NCBI GenBank assembly: GCA_964106645.2
Contig: OZ067041.1
From: Podarcis pityusensis
Taxonomy: Eukaryota
Reading direction: 5' to 3' (one strand)
DNA: 64,000 nt
Shown: piece by piece, positions 1 through 64,000 of the stretch
Numbering within the stretch: position 1 is the first letter of the stretch
Layout of the letters: the number at the start of each line of letters is the position of its first letter
Program-made: the position numbers and the translations under genes
The notes under the pieces: generated by a model
The model's input: the letters and a program-made list of their open reading frames with translations, nothing else
Databases searched by the model: none
What the model was told of the DNA's origin: nothing

Positions 1-128
1 CGCCGGAGCACGATCTCTGTTCTCATCCTGAAGCAAAGTTCTTAACCTGAGGTAATATTTCTGGGTTAGCGGAGTATGTAACCTGAAGCGTATGTAACCT
101 GAAGCGTATGTAACCCCAGGTACCACTG
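1..128. mobile_element. Tc1/mariner-pogo (Tigger-like) MITE, cut by the window edge
   Basis: Ends ...AGGTACCACTG followed by TA; same family as 31068-31293. Confidence 0.85.
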
Positions 129-2558
129 TATTACAAACAAATCTAACAAGGTATAGTATACAGTTGCTTCAAGAATGGAGTTTGGGGCAATCAATGTTAT
201 TTTTACTGTGGGCTCATGAAAGCCCCACATTTCAGTAACTTGTTTAAAGAGTAAGTTGCCAACTTTCCACCTGGTACATTACTCATCATCCATATCAACT
301 GATAGCCTTCCATAGGCTCCATAGCATTCTCAAAAGTGTTGTCAAAAGGAGAATTAGGCAATTCGTTTTTTAAATGATCGCTTATCGTTCCCCATCACTT
401 AAGTATCCTTGCTTCAGCAGAACCCTTTATCTTGCATTAAGACTTAGCAGTTTATTCTAACTTAAAAGAATGGATTTGATTTCTGTATTACATTGGGTTC
501 TTGAAAACCATGAACTGAGTTGTTTCAAATACTTGTTTCCATAGCTTCATAGTATTATTACAACTCAACTTTTAATTGCTAACAGAAGATGAAATGCCCA
601 ACTCTCTTCTAAGCCAAAAGTAGAATGTGTTAAGAGTGCTATCTAGTGGACACATCTTCTGAAGATGAGACCGGAATGGGTGCTAGCTTTTCCTTAAGAA
701 ACTGAAATGCCAGCCACCAAGACAGGGACTAAAAGGATACAAAGTGATTTAGGCTGGGCAAGTGGTCCACACACACAGATCACATCCCTACAAGGATTCG
801 GACAGAGAAAGTGAAGTGCTACGATGCTGGAGGAACCAGATAATAGAAGAGAATAAAACAACTGTATCTCATCAGTGATCCCATTCTCAAAGAAAGAAGC
901 CAGTTATTCTATATATAGTTGTCACTAGACAATTTATGAGGTAGTCCCAGACACAATATAACATACTATTGTTACATATCCCCAGTCTTATAAAACAAAA
1001 CGAATCCTATTTTGCTCATCAAACTTGAGTTTCTCAAATAGGCCCCCATGCCACAAAGGAAGACACTTTTGAAACTGATACACCTTTTAAAAGTAGTCTG
1101 TGTTATGGCATGGTGGTCTGTTGTTTAAAGGCGGAAATGTCATGATGTGAAGTCCTCAAGTATGTCTATCATCGCTCTTTGGAGTCTGACCATTTTTTTA
1201 AAAAAAGGAATCTATTATGCTAATGGTGTATTCACTCAACATACAAGGACTATAACCAGAACTTTAACAGGAACACAATTCCTATGCAAGACCAATGGAA
1301 ACTCACAATTGTTATGCAAACACACACACATGAACTTGAGAACATGATTATTAAGTCCAGTGGTACAGAAGTTTCCTGGATATCAACATATTATTAAAAA
1401 ATTGTTCATCTTCACAAGTCCATATAAATAATATCAAATCCATCCATTTGCAGGTTAACTGTGGAAATGACATGATGCTTGGGTAAAACAAGTTAATAAA
1501 CACACTCCAAGAAAATGTATGGTTCTGTTAACATTTTATAAAATATCTTACAAGAACAGATAAAGTAATTTGAGGTTACATAATATTCAGAATTGAAAAA
1601 AGAATGTTGAATAAAATAGGAATTGATCACATCACTATGTTTGCCATGTTAGACAAGTTTATAAAAAGGCTTTTTTTCAGATAAAATAGTTATTTAGAAG
1701 ATAAACCTTCAAAAATGAAAACTATTGCAGTCCTTTCAAGAAACCAGTCCTAGAAGCACTACGTTCCAGGTCAACAGGCAGTACCTGATTAAAAACACAC
1801 TTATCTGCTTCCAAGTTTGTCAAGCTTTTAAGACACAAATTAAAATATTTACCAGGTCAGTGCAAAGTAAAGCTTCAAGCTGGAAATATGATTCTGGTAC
1901 AAATAAATTCACATTATGAAAAATCCTCAAACACACACATAGGATTTAAGCAAACCTGGCACAAGACTAGTTGGCTATTTGAGGACACTGATCAAGCACT
2001 AAAATGGCAGCTCATTTAACAGACGTTGAGTTTGCTTGCATTACATATTGTCTGCATTGTAGATGTGCCCCATCATCTGAGTCAGCAATTTTAGAATTCT
2101 TTAGTAGAAAGCTGACATTATGCTGAAATGATTAATTAAAGCTCTTGAGTGAGTCTTGGATGTAGGAACAGGACCACCATTCTGAGTAGCTTAAATACCT
2201 CTGAAACTGATTTGCTGAGAATTATGTGTTACCAAACACAACAGTGTGCTTAAATATGTGTGAATATTTGTATGAACAAGCCCTTTTTCTGTGGTAATGT
2301 AAGAGACCTTGTTCAGAACAGAACTCTTGCCATAATATTCTGCTAATTCATGAGCAATAACCAAACCATCAGAGAGCTAATTTTGCATGGCTATATTATT
2401 AAGAATGCTTTACAGTACCATTCTGTCATCCATGGGATGACTTAGATTGAGTAGGCATTAGTGTGAACATTCTTCACTGGAATAGGATGGCCTTGTAACC
2501 TCTTCAAAGACTTTATGAATCCTAGATTCATTAGATCCAGACTTGGGACGGTTTATGA

Positions 2559-2695
2559 CAGGCTTCCTCAACCTCGGCCCTCCAGATGTTTTTGGTCTAC
2601 AACTCCCATGATCCCTAGCTAGCAGGACCAGTGGTCAGGGATGATGGGAGTTGTAGTCTCAAAAACATCTGGAGGGCCGAGTTTGAGGAAGCCTG
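2559..2695. mobile_element. Short palindromic hAT MITE (137 bp)
   Basis: TIRs CAGGCTTCCTCAA / TTGAGGAAGCCTG; perfect 8-bp TSD GTTTATGA. Confidence 0.9.
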
Positions 2696-2819
2696 GTTTA
2701 TGAGTATGTTGACACATTCTTTCACAAGCCTTCATCTATTGGAGTCATCCCAGTAACACAAAACACCACACTGCGCACTTTAGGAGAGTAGAATTAGTGC
2801 TTTTCCTAAATACCCATAC

Positions 2820-3172
2820 CAGTGGTTCCCAAAGTGGGCAGTACTGCCCACAAAGGGATGGTGGAATTACCTAGCATGGGCATTATGAGGCAAGGGGATG
2901 CTGAAGGTGTAAATGACTGTCAGACTTTGAAAAGCAGGCATCACTGGATCACATGCATCAATTTTTTTTTACTTTAAATAATTTAATCCGATTGTGAATA
3001 AATGTGCAATTAATCATTACTGTTTTGAATTTTATTGTATTATTCTCTTCCTTTGTGGGTTGTACCCACCACTATTTTGAATAATGCTTTTTATAAGGTA
3101 GGGTAGAAGGGCACTGGGGCTGAGTTTATGGAACCCAGAGGGTGGTGCCCCCAAACAGTTTGGGAACCACTG
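2820..3172. mobile_element. Non-autonomous hAT (Charlie-like) element (353 bp)
   Basis: TIRs CAGTGGTTCCCAAA / TTTGGGAACCACTG; 8-bp TSD ACCCATAC / ACCTATAC. Confidence 0.85.
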
Positions 3173-5219
3173 ACCTATACTAAAAACAATGGTCTCTACT
3201 GCAATTGAAGGTCTTGTGCTATGACAAGTAGTCCTTTCCCTCTTTATAATATATTAATCTTTTAAAATGGCAGAATATAACTTGAGTTTTCTGTAGGAAA
3301 ATTGCAGCTTTTTAACTTAGCAGCACATCAACAAGGTTCTTATGAATTAGAAGGCTTGAAACCAGTCTTAATGATCCTTTTTGGGACTTATCAATAAGTC
3401 TCTTCATGAGGAGCAAAGAGATAGCCAAGTATGATTGCACAGAATTACAATCTGAACAGTTTAGAAGTGGGTATGTCATACGTTCAGATCTTTATGAAAA
3501 AATATAGGATATGAAAAATTGGAATTCCAATATAAATTATATTTATAATTTGTCACCATAAATGAGCTAGAGTGCCAAAATCAAATCAAGTAGTGTTGTG
3601 ACAATGAGTTGCTAGGTGAAAGACCTTCTCAAAACTGGCCCAAGGGAAAGGGCTGAGGATGTGCACCACAAACTGAGATGTCCCTGATCTTGCCTAATCT
3701 GATTTCTGGAAAATGGATCACAGCCTTAATTTTGGAGACCTGGTTCCTGATCCCCTCCTTGCAGTACTTTTTTCTAGTCTATATTCAGTCAGGAACAGGA
3801 GTTCCTCTGAATGATTGCATCTGTTTTTATAAAGTAACAACAGCTTCATTGGATGTTGAACCACTAGGCCAGGTGATGTTGGGCATGTCACATATGGTGG
3901 TTGGGTTGAAGAGATGGGTGCCTTATATTGGCTCTAAAACAGGGGCAAGGAAACTTTGAACTTCTAGAAAAGGAATGAGGAACCCTCAGGCCTCTCTATC
4001 TGGCCTTGGGACTCTCCCTGGACCCTTCCTTCCTCAGACCACACCCCTCACTGGACCTGCTCCATGCCTTCCTTGAGTGCTTGCGCTCATCTGAAATGTA
4101 GCCTTCAAGAGTGACCATGTCATGCTTGCCTTGATCAAGGATGCAGATGTGTATGTAAATTTTTGTCTGCATGGCTGAAATGTAGCCTATTATTCAAAGG
4201 TAAGAGTCACATCCATTGCTTCACCACTTTTGCTGCTGCCCCACTCCTCAGAAGTATGTGGGTCCCTGAAGGTTCCTCAGAAGAGAATGTAGGCTTTGGG
4301 TTGAAAAATGATCCCCATCCCTCGCTGTAGATGTTGTTGAACTCCAGCTTCCATAAGGCGAAGCCAACTTGGCCAATGATTACAGAGGAAAGGCATTGCA
4401 GTCCAGCAACATTTGCGGAGCCACACATTCCTCATTCCTGCTCTGAACACAATTGTGGTATCAGAGCAGTCAGTGTATTCAGACTGTATTCTTCACAACA
4501 GCTGCATGAGCAACAGACGATATGCATTTTCCCCATCTCACATCACAGCTTGTATTCATTTGGACCACCTGTCATTCAAGCTAAACAATGCCAGGGAGTG
4601 TATGTGAAAGTAAAGGGGGAGACTTCAATGTTGACAAGAGAAGGAAGAATTAGAGCACATGTGGATTTTTTTCTGGAGCTTACCAATAACACTTCATTTA
4701 AGAAGTTGAAGGTCTTGATTTAGCCTGTGCTTTGGAACGTCACAGTGTGGTGCACCACTAGGAACTCAAGGCAAACATATTTAAGAAAAATCTTGCGCAA
4801 TTGGTTGATCTCGGCACTGAATATGCTTTTAAGGTAATAATGTGAGCTTCGAAGAAATAGTGCCACAATAATTGCATTTGGATTCAACAGTGCAAAGATT
4901 CAAAGTACCTGTGTTAATATGAACTTGTCCCCAAAGCTGTGATGAATCAGCAAATAATTCTTCACACAGGAAATTAACTGATCCTACCTTCCAGGAGTGC
5001 AATCTACCTGGTCACTGCTAATATAACTCGACACAATGGATCTATTTGGCATGCCTGATAATATTCAAGGCATGAACATGGGCACCTTTCATCAAGCTCA
5101 TCATGGAATGAAGGGCTAATCTGAAATGCATACAAATGGATTTTTAGTATATGTTCCAGGTACAATTTACATTTCAGGGAAACTATCATATAATGCAATT
5201 TAATATTGTGAACGTTTAA

Positions 5220-5225
5220 TTTATT
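5220..5225 (-). terminator. Candidate proximal polyadenylation signal (AATAAA) for CBLB
   Basis: tttatt on + strand about 705 nt past the stop, with ATTAAA hexamers next to it; longer UTR isoforms are possible. Confidence 0.4.
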
Positions 5226-5930
5226 TTAAAATTGAAGCCATCTAGACCTTGAAAGTTATCGGCCATATGTCAAAGAAAAGCTGCCCACTGTTGCAGTCAA
5301 AATGCCCTCCAAGAGGCAGACCAAAGACAAAACAATGTATTACACATTCAATTTTCTCTCTCTAAATAGCAAAGATACAACAGTAGGGAAAAATCAGTAG
5401 TGAAGGCCACATTTTCCCTTGCATTTGCTTGATGCTAAAATACAAAAGGAAAGAAAAAGGAAAAAAAGAGATTAAAGCTTCTTTAAAAGAAAAAATGGAG
5501 ATAAGAAATAAGTGACTCATAGTTGATGGGGCAAGTCAGTACAAAAACAGTTGGAAATGCTACACAAGAGTAGAAAATATGAACAAGAACAAAAGAGGAC
5601 TATCAGCTTGAAAATGGTCACTCACCACCTTGTAAACATGAAAATGCATTTCACAGATTAAAAGTTTATGGGAAGTAAACTTCTTTAAATTATTTGTCAG
5701 TTCAACCCTGATTCAAAAAAGTATGGCTAGCAAAAATACAGAAGATCAAATCCACTTATGTCTTGAAAGGAGCAGTTTCCCCTCCCTGAAAAACTGCTGG
5801 AACTCTACTCTTTGAAAATGTCTAGAGAATAATCTCTCTCTTGCACGCAGTGTTGCACTTGCATGTTAGCTCTCATGTTCACACTCACAAACTTCAGAAG
5901 GACAGGATTGCTGCAAGGTTTTCCACACTG

Positions 5931-57859
<51,929 letters not shown>

Positions 57860-58599
57860 CTGGGATCTTAATATTGTAAGAAAAAGAAGAGTAATGTATA
57901 ATATCATGAAATTTCCTCACCCAAACTGACACCCACACCCCACCTTCAGCTAATCACCAAAGGGCAAACACACAGTATAGTGAAAGACCAGGTTAACTTT
58001 TGATTATAAGCCCCCCTCCCATCACCCACCCATGGTAACTTTTAGTCAGAAGGAAATGATCTTTGATGGATCACGTCATACACAGTCACTGACGGTACCT
58101 TAGCACAACTTATGGAAATATACCGCTTTAACAATATTTCCAAAAAAACAACAACCCCACACCACCGATTTTACCCATCAACTTCCTTAATACCTTCAAA
58201 ATTTAAAGTCACTGGTGAACAGTGATAAACACTCTCCTCCGTTTTTTAAGTTCATGCTTTGTCTCCCTCCTACATGCTTTCATAGTTAAATGATTAATGT
58301 CCACACATGGTTTGCAAGGGCCACACAACACCCAATACCTAACCAAGGCACTGGTGGTGGTTGTTTTCAAGTGGCAAGTTCCCAAACACCAAGTCTGGGT
58401 GGGGTGGGGATTTAAAACAAATAAATACAATAAAATCTCTTATGCCAGCTACATTCAATATACCTACAAGTTAGCAACCTGGAGCGATATTTGTAGATAT
58501 GTATTCTTAAAGTGTGGTTTTTAAGGGGGGGGGAGAGGTGGGGGGGAGGAAAATCCAAAGGAAAACGTTGCTAGTTTTTGTAGATCCCAACTCTCTCCA

Positions 58600-60100
58600 A
58601 GGTCAGTTTCAAGCAGCAGCGAAGTCCCCCCTCACGGGGAATGTCGGAGGGGTCGGGGGTGAAGAAAGAGGACCCCCAAAAAGCAGCCCCTGACGAGTCT
58701 CTCTGGCCCCCTCACTTTGTTCCCTCTCTTCGCGGAGCCTCCCGTCCTCCTTCAGGCACACGCCATCCCTCGGCGCAACCCGCCGTATTAAATCCCAGCA
58801 GTTTTCCTGGTTCCGGTTGCTCGTCGGGCGCTTTCTGTCCCTCGCAGCAACAGCAGCGGCCGCCGCCGCCACACGGCACTCTCCCTTCCTCGAAGCCTCG
58901 TCCCCCGCCCGGAGCCTCAGGGGCGAGGACTGCAGCAGCACAGCCAACAAAGAGGACGGGACGCCGCTCCCCACCACAGTCTGTGCCGTCGCTGGGGCTC
59001 CTCGGGGAAACATGGGGGGCTAATCCGTCCCGGCGGGCCCGTCGTCGTCGTCGCCGCCGCCGCCGTCTCCTCAGCAGCAGCAGCAGCCCCGCTGCCCTCG
59101 CTCATCGCTCTGCCCCGGTGAGGGGCGTGCGGGGGCGGCGCTCGAGGGGCCGGGTCGGGCGGCGCTAGGACCCGCCCGCAGCCGAGCCCTCCTCGGGAAG
59201 AGGCGAGCGAGTGGGCAAAGAGCTCGTGCAGCCGGCGGCACCGCGCCTGCGTACTGTGAGGGAGGAGGGGGGCGCCTCTGTCTCTCTCTAACGGTGCTAA
59301 GGTTCAATTCTCTTGACATTACCCAATCAAAGGTGAGCGCGCGACTGCTGATGGGGGGGGGGGGGAGTCAGGAGGAGGAAAGAAAAGCCCAAGCTGACAA
59401 CTTAGTAAGGCTCTCCCCCCCCCACCCCGCCCAACTTTAAGAATTCTGGGGGCGGGGGAGGAGGGGGCAGTTTGTTGGTCCTCCAGTTCCTGACTGATAA
59501 GGATATAGGCCAATAAGAGGACGGAGAAGGACTTCCGGCGCTGGGGGGGTGTTTTTTCCCCCTTCCCTCCTCCTCGCCCGATTGTGATTCATGAATCGGG
59601 CCGAGGGAGCCAAAGGAACTTCGTCTCCGGAAAGTATTCGCGGGTCTGTGGGAGTGAGGAAAGCAGGTGAAAGAGGACCGAAGAGGCCGGCGAGGGGGGG
59701 GGGCGGTATGATAGAGACAAGGAAATGTATCCGGTTTTTGAGGCAAGGGAGGCTCATGGGAATAGGAATAGGCACCGCCTCGGGGGGAGTCTGGATACGG
59801 AGTGTTACGTAAGGACCTCTGCGTGTTTCTTTGCTCCGAAGTAAGCCCTTCCACTCCGGATTCAGTAGCGTGTTAGCAGGCCCACCCCACCCCGGCCATC
59901 GTACTGGTTCAGGTTCCGCGGGCAGTTTAATCCTAAACACATTTGCTCAGAGTTGACTTGACGCTCTTCCCAGGCACACTCAGCCTGCAGGGCTTCGCTT
60001 CGCATTAGGATTGCGGGGCACGAAAAACGCAGCAAAGCAACCTCGGGCGCCTTTACTCAGAGGTGAGTGCCGCTGAGGTCAAGTGGGCTTGCTTCCCGAG
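58600..60100 (-). promoter_or_regulatory. CpG island: CBLB promoter and non-coding exon 1 (exact TSS and donor not resolved)
   Basis: Very high GC and CpG content in otherwise CpG-depleted DNA, 0.7-2.2 kb upstream of the ATG. ETS/GABP site GCCGGAAGT (59531-59539, -), CCAAT at 59323 and 59510, NRF1-like GCGCCTGCGT near 59243, CTGATAAG near 59495. Confidence 0.85.
59040..59087. repeat. Compound trinucleotide repeats (CGT)4(CGC)4 and (CAG)5 in the CpG island
   Basis: gtcgtcgtcgtcgccgccgccgccg...cagcagcagcagcag. Confidence 0.9.
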
Positions 60101-60937
60101 CAAAACTTGCACGTCAGTTTTCAACATTTCCTTCCCTCCCATCTGTTCCAGGCGACATCAGGCTGCCATCCTGTCGACATGCCCTAGGGAGTAAAACCCA
60201 CACGAACTCTCAGCAGTGCCTACTTCTGAGGAAACAGACATGCACAACCTTGTGTGCCGCAGAAATTACCCTAGGTCTGCCTGTCAATCAATGGCTGAGG
60301 TCTCCTGCGCATCGACTTGGAAGTAAGCCCCACTAAATTCAGCAGGGCAACTTTAGAAGTGTGCACTGCACAAGTTTCACTGCTCCCCATAGAACAGCAT
60401 GCGTGGTTTTCCCCCCAGTGTCTCTTTTTACTTGATCTCGCCCACCAAAGTTAATAGTGTGTGAATTCAAAAAGGGCACTTTGAAGCAATGTGTTTAACT
60501 CGCAACAACCCAGAGTTAGATCAAAGTGCCAAAAGGGTGATTAAGGAAGGGGGAAATGTTTTCATTTAAAACATAATCTGTGATATTAATGTTGCTTTCT
60601 TGGAGTTAAGAATTCACCATAACAAGTAATCTGTTTACTGTGAGATACAGTTGATACCACAAATGTTGACCATTAGATGTCAAAGAGTGCCATTGTCACA
60701 TTTCCATGTGTTATGGTGTCCTAGACCAAAATCAGGTAAGTGAAGCACTGGGCTCTGGGGAGGAGGCACAAGGGTCCTAGAGTCCTCACAGCTCCTTCTC
60801 AAAGCCTAGTTTGCACTTTCCCAGCTTTGGGAAGGGGTTAGGGGGGCCCTTGATACCCTGCTACACCCTTGTTCCTCCATCCCAAAGCCTGGCACCCGAC
60901 TTAGTCAGCTTTGGGAAGGCAGAGCAAGGGCTGGTTT

Positions 60938-60958
60938 GTGTGTGTGTGTGTGTGTGTG
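60938..60958. repeat. (GT)n microsatellite
   Basis: About 10 GT units. Confidence 0.9.
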
Positions 60959-61179
60959 AAATTTGGCCTTGCTCCCCACCCCCCTAGACTCTTGTCAGTG
61001 CAATCTATGCATATTCACTGAGAAGTAAGTTCCACTGTATTCAACTGTGGTGCTTACACTTAAATGAATTCACATAGGAATGTTTGATACCTATATGTAT
61101 AAACCTGCATTTTTCTAACTAATACAGAGGTGCCTTAACAATTCAGAGATACACTTTGTGCTTCTGTTTAGGGAAGCTT

Positions 61180-61299
61180 TTAATGTTTGATGTATCATAG
61201 TATTTTAATATTCTTTTGGAAGCCGCCCAGAGTGGCTGGGGAAACCCAGCCAGATGGGCGGGGTATAAATAATAAATTATTATTATTATTATTATTATT
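61180..61299 (+). mobile_element. L2-type LINE/SINE 3' end with (TTA)n tail
   Basis: GCCGCCCAGAGTGGCTGGGGAAACCCAGCCAGATGGGCGGGGTATAAAT followed by (TTA)8. Confidence 0.75.
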
Positions 61300-61328
61300 C
61301 CACATTAGCAAGGAAACAGCATACAAAT

Positions 61329-61465
61329 GGGGATATGCAGTGAGGGCGAGAGTAAATTTAAGGAACCACAGAAAGATGGGGAGGGAAGTTGAGGCTTGAT
61401 ATGTAAGGATTATTTTTGTTGAAATGTTTGTTATAAATGAAAATCATAAATAAAAAACTTTTTAA
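61329..61465 (+). mobile_element. Short L1-type 3'UTR tail insertion
   Basis: 19-bp TSD AAGGAAACAGCATACAAAT / AAGGAAGCAGCGTACAAAT (2 mismatches); AATAAA and an A-rich end. Confidence 0.7.
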
Positions 61466-62502
61466 AAGGAAGCAGCGTACAAATCACTTATTTTTAGGCC
61501 TTTCTTGCATGTGCCAATTGCAGATTTTTGAATGTGTGGGTTAAGTACCCTAACAATTTTGACTCCACCATAAACTAGTCAAGTAATATCAAGTATTTCT
61601 ATTATATTGGGTAAATTCATATGAAGAAAAGGTAAATCACTTACCAGTACATTTTTAGGGACTTACTTCAGCATTCATCCCTTTTTGTGCTTCTGTTTCT
61701 CTTGAATGCATTACCAAAAACAGTTTATGGAATTTCATTCTGACAAGTGTGAATAAAAATCAGCTAAAAGAGGGCTTTAAAAATATCTTCATCCCTTCAG
61801 AGAAACTAAATCTTACTTGGTTTAAGCATAAGCTTCATATAGCCTGGGAATAGGAGGCAAAGCATTTAGATCTGCTGTGTAGATGTAAAGGAAGAACTTC
61901 ATCCTTCAATGTTTATTTCAAAATGTGTTATTTCCTGAGAGAATAGGTTTCAGCACTTTGGTGAAACTCTCATTTCTTGTCTAGGGGAAATTATTTACAA
62001 TCTTCAGCTTGCTGTTTCTGTAAGAAAAATTTGATCTCTCTTGGCTGTCTCAAAATGTTTTGAATTACATTTGTTCTTCAGTATACGGAATATTTGTATA
62101 ACTCAGTCTTTTAAAAGAGAACATATATAGTAAATCTTTTACTGTGCTTGGAAGTGTTGATATAATCTGACTGTATCTCACTAACAATGATAGCTGCTTT
62201 AATGGTAGTTAGAGCTCAAAACTTCCACCCACTGGAACTCTCCCCTGCTTTTTGTAGAAATAGGCCACAACTTGTAACTAATAGAAAGGAATTCAACCTG
62301 AATAGCAGTACACTTACTAAACTAAAGAGGGTTATTGTAGCTTTATGAGTCGTCCAAATACATATTTAGTTTCCTAAAACAAAAACATTTCACTAGCATG
62401 TATAGTTTTTAAACAACAAAAAAGAGCAACATAACATGATCTGGGCTACAATGCTAAAAACAGTTGCTAGGGAATAAACTCCACATCTGCTGGCATTGCT
62501 CT

Positions 62503-62533
62503 GAAGAAGAAGAAGATGATGATGATGATGATG
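62503..62533. repeat. Compound (GAA)4(GAT)6 microsatellite
   Basis: gaagaagaagaagatgatgatgatgatgat. Confidence 0.9.
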
Positions 62534-64000
62534 ACAGCCAAGCCCTGAAAAGAGAACATTTACAGTTTCTCTGAGCCCTGCCCCAACATTGGGGTCCAGA
62601 GGCCTTTATTTTCAGTAGCATTCAGAATATTGGGCAGATGAAAGTGTACCCCTACCCACCCAATCCTACCACCCATTCCCATTTGTACATACTGCCCCTT
62701 GGTGAGCTCTTTTTGGGGTGGGGGACATAAGGTTAGTGCCCAGGGAGGGCACCTTGCTCAAATTTCTCAGACTAGACACTGACCCAGGCTAACTTTACTG
62801 CCAAAATCAAAGGAATCATCTAATGCTACAGCTAATGGCACATGTTGGGCTGCACAATCATGCAAGCAGGGTGAAACAGCTTGCGTCACATGATAATATG
62901 AGGGTGGCAGAATCGAAGGCAGGAATTGATGGGTGAACTGAGATGCAAGTCTTCCTAATGTGAAGGCCCTAGTTGGGTAAGGAGAGACAGCCACCCTTTG
63001 GACTCTGCTTCAGGCATCAGTATACCTCAGGAGGGTATTACTGGAAACAAAGCGCTTGCACTAAGGTCTGGTTGAGCAGGAAGACTTCATCTTCATGCAT
63101 ATGCTGTTCCAAAAAGAAATCCCCTTACAGGACATCTTACCTGCACTGCAGATGAATGTGGATTCTGACGTTCCTTTGGCTCAAATATGCAAGTGTTGCT
63201 CACACACTTGTACATAAATACTCATGTAGGCACATAAAAACACACACACCTGCACACGTATACCAACATATACTTAAAACTGTACAAATACAAAGTTGGT
63301 GATGAGTGAGATGGAACAAAGCGAGGAGAGCCTTTCCTTTGCTTGCCTCTTCTACATACGCACACATGCATAGCTTGGGCAATTAACTGGCTAGATGGTG
63401 CTTTATCTTAGAGTGCATCTGTATCTGCAGGCCAAAGTGTGCTCCCTTGTATTACAATAACACACCACGGAGAGCAGTAAGTTTACATTGAGGCTATAAA
63501 AGTACAGGCTCCTTGAGAGCACCTCCCTTTTAATTTATAACATAAAAATGTGTCAACTTAATTTCAAAACATCTTTGCCCCTGAGGGAATACTTTTGTAT
63601 TCATTGCCATGTCGTTTCTTTTAATAATTCCATTCCATCTGCTGAAGCAGGTGCAGAGGGCTCTAACCAAGATGTTGCAATGCATTCTGATGCCTCACAC
63701 CGCCTCTTTATTTTGTCAAGTCTTCCTTGGAATGTCACAGAAGCTTCCATCACCTGTAACTGCATTCACTACTCCGAAAACTCTAAATGGTGCATAAACA
63801 TTTATTTCATACACACACACACTTCAATATGGTAAAATGAAATTTTGACCCTGCATTTATTTTTAAATGAATATATTGAATGATTTCAAAATGTTTCAGT
63901 TTCAGTGATGCAGAGTGGCAGTTTCAAATTCTTTCTAGTTTTCACTCTGACTAATATTATGATGCCGCTCAGCCCTTGCTAACTCCTTTGCACTCTTTTT

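Noticed and set aside
57860-57907. In-frame upstream ATG giving a hydrophobic [16 protein letters not shown] extension
   Set aside because: Runs through the intron 1 polypyrimidine tract; the conserved start is MANS at 57859
58609-59940. Cluster of 60-175-aa ORFs on both strands
   Set aside because: Stop-poor GC-rich CpG island; low-complexity Pro/Arg/Ala peptides with no recognisable domain

Overview
Eukaryotic vertebrate genomic DNA, most likely from a squamate reptile and probably a lacertid lizard, judging by its Sauria SINE, Squam3-like SINE and MITE content. The window holds one complete protein-coding gene on the minus strand: CBLB, the Cbl-b E3 ubiquitin ligase. All 18 coding exons were located with GT-AG boundaries and consistent phases (numbered 2-19 by analogy to human). 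The CDS runs 57859->5931, is 2928 nt long and encodes 975 aa, with TKB, linker, RING, proline-rich and UBA regions. A CpG-island promoter and non-coding first exon lie at about 58.6-60.1 kb. The introns contain many transposon relics: hAT, Tc1/pogo and PIF/Harbinger MITEs, SINEs, and L1, L2, CR1 and Penelope fragments. The most interesting signals are in intron 13. (1) A Penelope-like fold-back element carries a minimal hammerhead ribozyme motif, and its inverted arm begins exactly at the predicted self-cleavage site. (2) A non-repetitive hairpin of about 36 bp covers the 5' splice site of a candidate 51-nt poison exon, or is a novel pri-miRNA. Comparisons with human CBLB and repeat-family names come from memory, not from database searches.
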